A stretch of DNA of 64,000 nucleotides, taken from the IMG/VR virus record IMGVR_UViG_2619619299_000002; one strand, 5' to 3'. The position numbers and the translations under genes are program-made. The notes under the pieces were generated by a model. It was not told where the DNA came from, searched no databases, and was given only the letters and a program-made list of their open reading frames with translations. The stretch is from an uncultured virus (IMG/VR IMGVR_UViG_2619619299_000002) (lineage: Duplodnaviria > Heunggongvirae > Uroviricota > Caudoviricetes). This document shows positions 57,059 to 64,000 of the stretch, piece by piece (position 1 is the stretch's first letter; each line of letters begins with the position of its first letter).

Positions 57059-57234
57059 CGGCGGTCCTCTGGTGGAGTGAACAGCTTAGCAGTCGGTGTT
57101 CTTTGGGGTGTTTGTGTTCGGTCGGCAGGACGCCGGGGGAGGGGTAAGTCGTTTCCGCAACCTGATGCGCGCCCCTTGTTCTATGCGGCTTGTAGGGCAT
57201 CAAAAAATGCTCTGGTGCGGAAATGATGAAGACC

Positions 57235-57247
57235 TAAGCTGTTGATT
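57235..57247 (-). promoter_or_regulatory. IHF site next to the att core
   Basis: AATCAACAGCTTA fits WATCAANNNNTTR. Confidence 0.65.
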
Positions 57248-57265
57248 TGTATTGTTAAGTCGGCA

Positions 57266-57326
57266 GTCTTGAAAACCGGCGAACGTTAATAGCGTTCCCA
57301 GGGTTCGAATCCCTGGTTTCCCGCCA
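57266..57326 (+). repeat. Attachment site: 3' part of tRNA-Ser(TGA)
   Basis: Anticodon loop CTTGAAA, long variable arm, T-arm CAGGG-TTCGAAT-CCCTG and GCCA end; no 5' half upstream. Confidence 0.9.
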
Positions 57327-57337
57327 AGATTTACACG

Positions 57338-57362
57338 AAAGCCCCGCTGATGCGGGGCTTTT
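57338..57362 (+). terminator. Terminator after the tRNA fragment
   Basis: AAAGCCCCGC-loop-GCGGGGCTTTT. Confidence 0.85.
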
Positions 57363-57420
57363 GCGTTTCTGGGGTTTGCGCAGGAAAAGGCGGTTTTTGG
57401 CAGGCGTTCCGAAACTTTGC

Positions 57421-57657
57421 CTATTTGGACGGTTTCGCGGTCGCCCCGATCCTCCTGTAAACCCTCTTTGTGATCTCCTGTTTGCTGTGTCCCAGCAGCA
57501 GGCTTGCATCGCCGATATCGATGATTTCCGAGGCCGCCTTCGGCCGTATGTCGCGGAACTGAAACCCTCCAATCTTGGCCGCGAGCGTCGGATCGCCTTA
57601 TTCGATGGCGTTCTGCTGAGCTTTTTCCCGCGTCTTGTCCCAGCGCAAGCGCAACAT
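57421..57657 (-). pseudogene. int: Integrase C-terminal remnant
   Basis: MLRLRWDK...IE*GDP...FQFRDIRPKAASEIIDIGDASLLLGHSKQEITKRVYRR; in-frame TAA at 57598-57600; aligns to the C-terminus of the 1-1065 integrase. Confidence 0.9.
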
Positions 57658-57736
57658 AAGGTGTCCTTGCCGCGCTGGGCGGCAGAAGGTAGCCCGCCGT
57701 TTTCCGGCAGCCTTATAGAGAAGGGATTCGGGATCT

Positions 57737-57922
57737 CTACATCAAGGTTGCGAGATATGCCCCTGCGATATGCCGCCGCAAATCCTGGCGCTCTTCAAGG
57801 TCGATGAGGGCAAGCCGAAGCAGGCGGTCTGTCCATCGGTCGTATTCTCGGAAGAAGCGATTCCTAGACTTGCGAGTTTGTACTGACGCAATTGCGATGA
57901 CTGCTTCTGCGAAATGTTTCAT
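57737..57922 (-). CDS. Small hypothetical protein
   Basis: 61 aa; AAGGA SD. Confidence 0.6.
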   Translation of the reverse strand: MKHFAEAVIAIASVQTRKSRNRFFREYDRWTDRLLRLALIDLEERQDLRRHIAGAYLATLM

Positions 57923-57981
57923 GAGGCATTCCTTGTGGGGTGAGCCTCAATGGTTGATGTACAGGGGTGTCGGTTTCCCGA

Positions 57982-58287
57982 CTATTTATCTTTCGCACCC
58001 TTCATAAATGTGATCCAGTGCGTTTTCTCGCGCTTGCCGGATTTGTGGCCAAACAGCGGCTGCTCATCGGTAAGGGCAAGAATTTCGCTGACCCGGATCT
58101 GGGTTTCGTTCCACTTGAAGATCAGGAACTGGCCTGGCTTCAGAGCGCGGAAGCACTCGGCGAACCCTTTGCAGAGGTCGTCGCGCCACTCATCGGTGAG
58201 GATCCCATACTTGAGCCGCAGCCAGCTTTCGCAGCCGGCGCGCACTAAGTGCGGAGGATCGAACACCACCCTGTTGAAGCTGGCGTC
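57982..58287 (-). pseudogene. 5'-truncated SAM-dependent methyltransferase
   Basis: VVFDPPH and ECFRALKPG motifs; no N-terminal SAM-binding part. Confidence 0.75.
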
Positions 58288-58685
58288 ACCTCGTCCAGGT
58301 GTTCCAGGTCCTCGTGGGCGATCTTGAATGTTTCAATGTTCTTTACGCGGTAGAACGAGCAGTCGCAGTTCTTGCGAGCGTAGGCATCGAGCAGGTCTTC
58401 CAGCTCTTGCTTGGCATCGGCGCTTACGTTTGGGAAGTCGTCTGCCCACTCTCCGAGGTCGCTTGAACTTGCGTTGTTGGCCATGGCGTCGATCACTGCG
58501 TCTGGATCGACAAACTCAGCGGGGTCTGCATAGTGCATTTCGCCGCGCTGGCATTCGTCGCCCGGTGAAAAATCTTCGTTTTTGCTGATGAACGAGCACC
58601 AGTCTGCGGTCCAGTCTTCGCCATTGGTTGAGTAGGCGTACTCGATACCGGGTTGGGCGACTGGCAAAACAGTTTCTTCGGGCAT
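58245..58685 (-). CDS. Acidic hypothetical phage protein, 3' end fused into the methylase remnant
   Basis: AAGGA SD; reads through EVTP into methylase DNA. Confidence 0.65.
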   Translation of the reverse strand: MPEETVLPVAQPGIEYAYSTNGEDWTADWCSFISKNEDFSPGDECQRGEMHYADPAEFVDPDAVIDAMANNASSSDLGEWADDFPNVSADAKQELEDLLDAYARKNCDCSFYRVKNIETFKIAHEDLEHLDEVTPASTGWCSILRT

Positions 58686-58756
58686 GACTGTTCCTTGCCG
58701 CTATAGCGGCTTACTTTGAAGGGGTAGGGGGGTAGATGAAGCGAATGAGTGAGGCG

Positions 58757-58957
58757 TTAATTCCAGCGAACGTTGAGTTCTGAAATCTGTTGCTGCAACT
58801 GCTCTATGAGTTCAAACCAAGAATCGAAACCATTTGATTCGTCCTGCACCAAGAACAGGTAATAGCCACCAGTTTCACCGGCGCGGTCATCCAGAATTTT
58901 TATCGTCCAACCGGCATATTCGCCAGTTAAAACTGTTCCAGTACGGATGATCTGCAT
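58757..58957 (-). CDS. Small hypothetical protein
   Basis: 66 aa; GGYYL...FDSWFE. Confidence 0.6.
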   Translation of the reverse strand: MQIIRTGTVLTGEYAGWTIKILDDRAGETGGYYLFLVQDESNGFDSWFELIEQLQQQISELNVRWN

Positions 58958-59200
58958 GTGTTCGCCGGAATCCAGTGATTGTTTGAAATGGCAGCTGCAC
59001 TTTTTACATCACCTTGGAAAATGTTGGTACTGCGGCATCCTCCCTCGTTATCAAATCATGGGCATTCACGACCGTCATGCCGATAGTTGCATTTTCAGTT
59101 TCTTTATCCCCTAACATGAACTCAGTATTTTTTGGCGTAATGATCTGGGCAGATGAGGCCATGCCGCTGGCTCCTCGTGATAGGTAAGGGAATTAACTGA

Positions 59201-59593
59201 ATGGAAATGGAAAATGGCGCTCTGGGGTTATTGAAACGTTACCGGTACTTGATACTACTGTTGATGGTTGCCGCCTCGCTGGTGAGCGCGACTGTAAGAT
59301 TCGCGGGGGACTGGAGAAATTTCTGGACCGTGCTGATGCTGCAAGCCTGGTTTGGTCAAGCTGTGTTCGCTTATCTTCGTGGTGGCTGGGTTGCGATCGG
59401 GCCTGGAGGGGTCTCCAAAGACGCCTCGCCTACATCGAGGGCAGTTTTGGCCGGTGCTGCGTTTGCCATTTATCTGATCGGCTTTGGAATCGATGGCTAT
59501 CCGAAGAAGGAGTCGGTTCATGACAGGCGGCCCTCCGACTGGACCATGCCTACTCGAGAAGAGATTGGACGATCCTCTGACAAAACTAGATAG
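59201..59593 (+). CDS. Three-TM membrane protein (moron)
   Basis: 130 aa with three hydrophobic segments. Confidence 0.65.
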   Translation: MEMENGALGLLKRYRYLILLLMVAASLVSATVRFAGDWRNFWTVLMLQAWFGQAVFAYLRGGWVAIGPGGVSKDASPTSRAVLAGAAFAIYLIGFGIDGYPKKESVHDRRPSDWTMPTREEIGRSSDKTR

Positions 59594-59672
59594 CACTGCT
59601 TTGTAAGGCATGGAGAGTCCTTGCCGGGCCATGCCCGGACGGTGGAGTGGGAGAAGAGTTCTGGTGCGAAAT

Positions 59673-60679
59673 TTATGTGCGCGCGTTCTTCATTTCCAGT
59701 TGTTCGGCATCCTGATTGGTTGCGCTTCCGGCCGCTTTCCCGTTCGCTTGTAATGTGCCCGCCACGACAAGAAGACTTTCCCGACTCTCGTGGTCGCCAT
59801 ATGGGTTTGTGGTGAGAGGCGCTGAGACTATGAAGGTCTCGGTTTCAGCATCCATCCGTGTGCCGCCCGGATGCGCGCTGAGAGCAGTTGCTACCTCGGT
59901 CTGTTCACAGTTGGCGCCGCCTCCAAATGCGGTTGACTGAAGATGGCCAGCTACTGCGTGGTCAACATCACCGCCACCGTCAGTGCTTCTAAGAGTGCCG
60001 GCGGGAGCTTCCGCATGGCCTCGGCGCGGCGCAGTATCCCGGCGCATGCCTTCGCACTCAAAAAGTACCTCGGTGGGATCGAACCCGTTTCGAGCATTTG
60101 CGACAACGAACACACGACGGCGTCGTTGGGCCAGGCCGAAATATTGGGCGTCCAGGACCCGCCACGCGATTGTTCTTTTGGGGCCATACACACAACCAGC
60201 GTCCTGCCATTTCTTCCCTGAAGGCTGCAGTTCGCAGTCTTCCCCAGCAAGCACGCCAAGAAAGCATCCGAAGGCGTTCCCTTTGTCACTGAGGACGCCG
60301 GGTACGTTCTCCCAGACGATGACGCTGGCGGACTTTCGCTGGCCGGCGCGAACATAGTCAACTGCATCTGCAAGCTCCACGTATTTGATGGTGAGGGCGC
60401 CGCGCGGGTCGGTGAGGCCTTCGCGCATGCCGGCGACTGAGAAGGCCTGGCACGGGTACCACCGACCAGTACGTCCGGTGCCGGGATCTTGCCGGCCAGC
60501 ACCAGGGCGGCAAGCTTGGTCATGTCGCCGTGGTTCGGCACGTCGGGGTAATGGTGGGCGAGGACCGTCGAGGGGAACGGCTCAATCTCGGCGAACCAAG
60601 CGGCGCGCATGCCCCGCGGGTGCCAGGCCTGCGTCGCGGCTTCAATGCCCGAACAAACGGAACCGTAGGTGATAGGCAT
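59673..60679 (-). pseudogene. C5-cytosine methyltransferase, frameshifted
   Basis: SVCSGIEA motif I; one base missing at 60454-60456 breaks GGTPCQAFS; WENVPG and QRRRR in the second frame; motif X absent. Confidence 0.85.
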
Positions 60680-60729
60680 AGTGGCTCCTCGCCGGTATAT
60701 TGCGGTCTCAAATAAGTGAGGGTATAGGG

Positions 60730-61152
60730 ATGTGGGACGTATTCTGGAAGTTCGTGAGCGACCACAATGGAGCCTTGGGTTTTATGCTGGCGTTTGGTAC
60801 GGCCGCAGCCGCCCTGTACCACTATTTATCTATAAAGCGCTCAGAAGAGCGAGCTAGAAGGTTTTCAAACTTTCATCAGCTTTTGCAGGATTTGAATGAA
60901 GGAAAGCCTAAGCCTAACGGCGAGGCTGGCGGGCAATACATTGATCGGCAGCTGGCAATTATATATGAACTTAGAAATTTCACTGACTATCACCCAGTCA
61001 TATTGATAATTCTCAATCGCTCGATTGTTACTTGGGGCTTGTCGGAAAATAAATCTAGAGCAATCTTGATAAGTGAGGCGGAAAAGAGTTTGTCTTTCAT
61101 CATCAATTGCAAACGGTGGAAGTTCTGGAAAAGCTCGGCTCTTATGAGGTAA
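60730..61152 (+). CDS. N-terminally membrane-anchored protein (AT-rich moron)
   Basis: MWDVFWKF start; one TM; RQLAIIYELRNF motif. Confidence 0.75.
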   Translation: MWDVFWKFVSDHNGALGFMLAFGTAAAALYHYLSIKRSEERARRFSNFHQLLQDLNEGKPKPNGEAGGQYIDRQLAIIYELRNFTDYHPVILIILNRSIVTWGLSENKSRAILISEAEKSLSFIINCKRWKFWKSSALMR

Positions 61153-61284
61153 TCGCCACAGAAGCAGGAAATAGCCTCCTAGTGGTCGGCGAACATGTCG
61201 AATTGGGTGCAGGACCCTCGCCTGCTGGCGTGATTCGTTAAAGTGGGTGATATGCTTTGCTGCTTATCAAACAAGGAGGTGGTA

Positions 61285-61485
61285 ATGGCCGGTAAAAAGC
61301 TTGAAGCGTTCCGCGAGTGGTTCACGCCGCGTAGGCGGTTTTGGGCAGGAATAGGTTTTTTTGTCACTGGGGCATTCGGGCCGCTTTTCTATCCAAGCTT
61401 AAATGGTTATTGGGGCTGCTTGATTGGTCCTGGCGCGATACTTCTCGGCAGTACATGGAATACCGAGACTGACCATAAGCGTTGA
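61285..61485 (+). CDS. Small two-TM membrane protein
   Basis: AAGGAGGT SD; homolog of 7624-7818. Confidence 0.75.
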   Translation: MAGKKLEAFREWFTPRRRFWAGIGFFVTGAFGPLFYPSLNGYWGCLIGPGAILLGSTWNTETDHKR

Positions 61486-61806
61486 GACCGCGTGTCCTGC
61501 TGGTGCTGTTAAGTGATATGGGATATTACGGGTGACCGGCATTGAGCCGGAGAGATGGGGTTGTATGATTGAATTGCAAGGCAAAATAGACTCAATACCG
61601 GCGAAGTGGCGGAAGAGGGCGAGTTTGAAGCCACTCTTCCATTGGTGGAAGCCGGCATGGCCACGTAGTCACCCAAGTGCCTGGTCATACTCGGGATGGT
61701 GAGCCTGAAACAATCATTCTTACGCTGAAGGCGGAACACTAAGGCTCGATGATTTCGTCTTTGGGCTCGCAGGGGTGCTTTACCAAATGGTACACCCCGG
61801 CGATCC

Positions 61807-62813
61807 TCAGGCGGCAGCGCGCTTGAGCTGATCGGTGAGCTGGGTTGGCAGATTGCGCAGCGTCAGCGTTCCGCCGACTTCGTCAAACTCGATCTTGTCG
61901 CCCAGCAGATGCGCCTCGAAGCTGATCGACATACCCTCGGCGCGCCCGGTGAAGCGCCGGAATTTGTTGAGGGTCTTCTTGTCCGGCGGCAGGGTCTCGG
62001 AAAGCCCGTAGTCCTTCGCCTTGATGAAGTCGTAGAAGCTCTTCGGCTGATCTTCGTCAATCAACTCCGACAGCTCGTCAAGGGTGATCGGCTCGCCCAG
62101 CTTGGCCTGGGCCATGGAGTAGCTGACCAGCGCCTGGGTCTTCTCGCGCGCCGACTCTTCTGGCAATCCTCGCTCTCAACAAAGTCGCTGAAAGCCTTCA
62201 ACAGCGTGCGGGTTTCGCCCGGGCCGTCGATTCCTTCCTGGCAGCCGATGAAGTCGCGGAAGTGCTCGTTGATCCGGCGCCCCTGCTTGCCCTTTAGGAA
62301 CGAGATGTACTGCTTCGACTTCGGGTTGCTCTGCCACTCGCTGATGTTGATTCGCGCGGCCAGGCGGATGTGGTCGAGGTCCAGCCGCTTCACCGTCATC
62401 AGGTGCAGCTCTTCGGTCATGGTCACCGCTTCGGTTTCCTGCATCAGGGCTATCACCAGGTACTCGGTCAGGCCTTGCTGGTAGTGACAGAAGAGGGCGT
62501 GCCCGCCGGTGGTGAGGTTCGACTCTTCCATCAGCTCGGTCAGGTGTTCGGCGGCGGCGGTGGTGAACTTTAGGAAGTCGCCGACGCCGGCCAGGTATTT
62601 GCCGAGCCAGCCGCTGAGCGGGTGAGCGCCTGATTCGTGATGGAAGAAGCCCCAGGCCTTGCCGGTGGTGGCGTTGTAGCTTTCGTTGAACTGCTGCATC
62701 AGATCGTCGCGAGCCTGGCTTTCAACTTGCTCAGCGGAAGCCAGGTGCAGAACTGCTGGGCTGCCGTCGGGTTTCTTGTCGATCTTGTGGATTGCGCTAT
62801 GGCGTACAGGCAT
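61807..62813 (-). pseudogene. ndpA: Nucleoid-associated protein NdpA/YejK, frameshifted
   Basis: [20 protein letters not shown] and [10 protein letters not shown] motifs; single-base loss near 62168 splits it into two ORFs. Confidence 0.85.
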
Positions 62814-62912
62814 TTCGTTTACCTCGTGCAGGCGCCGCCCTCCGGTGAGTCGGTGGTGGCAATTTGGTTTGGGGTGGGGTATTAATGCCGAAATTTTTGA
62901 AGGATCAAAACT

Positions 62913-63284
62913 ATGCGTATTTGGATTGGCTCACTGATGCTGCTCACCTCTGCTGTAGCGCTCGGTGATGAGGCACAGCTGAAGCAGTGGGAAAAGATGG
63001 ATCGCTGCTCCAATGCAGCTTTTATCGTGGTAAATATCTTGGAGGAAAGCGCAGACACCTCCAAGCAGGCGCTAGCTCTACATGGAGCGGTAGAAGGGCT
63101 AAAAACCAACACAAAATTGAAAGAAACGACGCCGACTGGAAACGAAGTCATTGGCGCCTATAACTTTGCGCTTCGGATCTCTTGTGAGATGCCTCGACCC
63201 TTCGCAAAGCGTGAGCATGATTGGCTCATTGCTCAGGCCGCGACTGCATGCACTTTATGGGTTCCAAGTGTTAGCGCCCAGTAA
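62913..63284 (+). CDS. Secreted hypothetical protein (moron)
   Basis: Signal peptide; 123 aa. Confidence 0.7.
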   Translation: MRIWIGSLMLLTSAVALGDEAQLKQWEKMDRCSNAAFIVVNILEESADTSKQALALHGAVEGLKTNTKLKETTPTGNEVIGAYNFALRISCEMPRPFAKREHDWLIAQAATACTLWVPSVSAQ

Positions 63285-63478
63285 TCAAAGCTAGTGGATG
63301 GCCGGCGTTCATTTATCGATCGAGCCACTGATCAATTCGGATCATGTCGCTACTTCACATTTACGGTCCTTCCAGTCCCGGCGGCGCCCTCCGTTACGGG
63401 ATGCAGCGAGCAGGATGGAATTTTGGAAAGGATAAGGTATCAATCCGCACCTTGGATTTGAGCCTATAAGGAGCACTG

Positions 63479-63913
63479 ATGCGACACAAGATTTTTTGGC
63501 GCTGTGTAGCAATGACTTTGTTCAGCTTCACGCTGACCGGGTGTATTCATTACGAACACAAAAGTGCAGAAGGAAAATCAAACTCCGAAATCGCTACGAT
63601 TCAGCAGTACGACAAATCTTTGACAATATTTAAGATTGACGACGATCAAACCCTTTATTGGCTGAGCCGCCAAAGCGAATACCGGCTGGGTGCAGGCAGG
63701 CATAAGATTCAAGTTCGTAAATTTATTACCGCGGAACAGCAAACTGCTCCGATTGAAATGACTGTTGATCTGGTAGGCGGCCGTACTTATGGGCTCTATG
63801 GGATCTCTTCGCTGTCCTGGTGGAGATACGAGGTTCGTGACGTGGAGACTGGGCAGCCAGCAGATGTTGCGGATCCTGTTGCCAACGAAGCGCCTCCGAC
63901 ATCAGTTAAATAG
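63479..63913 (+). CDS. Lipoprotein (moron)
   Basis: TLTGC lipobox; AAGGAG SD. Confidence 0.78.
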   Translation: MRHKIFWRCVAMTLFSFTLTGCIHYEHKSAEGKSNSEIATIQQYDKSLTIFKIDDDQTLYWLSRQSEYRLGAGRHKIQVRKFITAEQQTAPIEMTVDLVGGRTYGLYGISSLSWWRYEVRDVETGQPADVADPVANEAPPTSVK

Positions 63914-64000
63914 ATGGCTCGATAATCTCGTCACCCGGGTCTTTCTGGGTGGCGAGCAGGCTTTTGTTGCGGAATTCTCGCGCCACGTTTTGCGATATCT
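63906..64000 (-). CDS. 3' end of a homolog of 9528-10013 (partial)
   Basis: ISQNVAREFRNKS...DEIIEPSI; carries a half copy of the palindrome at 63980-63991. Confidence 0.6.
   Translation of the reverse strand, partial: ISQNVAREFRNKSLLATQKDPGDEIIEPSI

Larger units (their letters stand above)
1..57326. mobile_element. Lambdoid siphovirus-type prophage 1 (left attachment site lies just outside the window)
   Basis: Complete ordered module set from integrase through immunity, replication, head, tail and lysis; ends at a 3' tRNA-Ser fragment. Confidence 0.95.
57327..64000. mobile_element. Prophage 2: decayed relative of prophage 1, continuing past the window
   Basis: Integrase remnant, early-operon linkers and several pseudogenes in the same order as prophage 1. 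Confidence 0.85.

Noticed and set aside
57241..57326. Complete tRNA-Ser gene
   Set aside because: No 5' acceptor strand or D-arm upstream, and the anticodon stem 5' side is incomplete; treated as an att fragment
57949..57964. LexA-box-like CTGTACATCAACCATT on the minus strand
   Set aside because: Right half-site CAG is absent and the spacing is off

Overview
Nearly the whole window (1 to about 57326) is one apparently complete lambdoid long-tailed prophage. The host is most likely a Pseudomonas, inferred from the gene families and the tRNA-Ser fragment. In order it carries an integrase and candidate excisionase; a leftward early operon with two DNA methyltransferases and YqaJ/RecT recombination genes; a moron-rich immunity region with an HTH-ImmA/IrrE peptidase plus DUF4411 PIN pair and two DUF2388 genes; the cI/cro switch with TTTATC-N5-GATAAA operators; an antirepressor; replication genes with five iterons; nin and Q-like genes; a com / colicin M-type bacteriocin / PmiA-type immunity cassette; holin; head and lambda-like tail genes; and endolysin with nested spanins. 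It ends at a 3' tRNA-Ser(TGA) fragment (att site). Directly behind it lies a second, decayed prophage of the same family, with an integrase remnant, a frameshifted cytosine methylase and a frameshifted ndpA. The most striking unexplained structure is a set of seven short intergenic linker motifs that occur in the same order in both early operons while the genes between them differ. A 34-40 bp palindrome also recurs four times. There is a 25-nt N gap at 3403-3427. All family calls come from motif recognition by eye, not from database searches.
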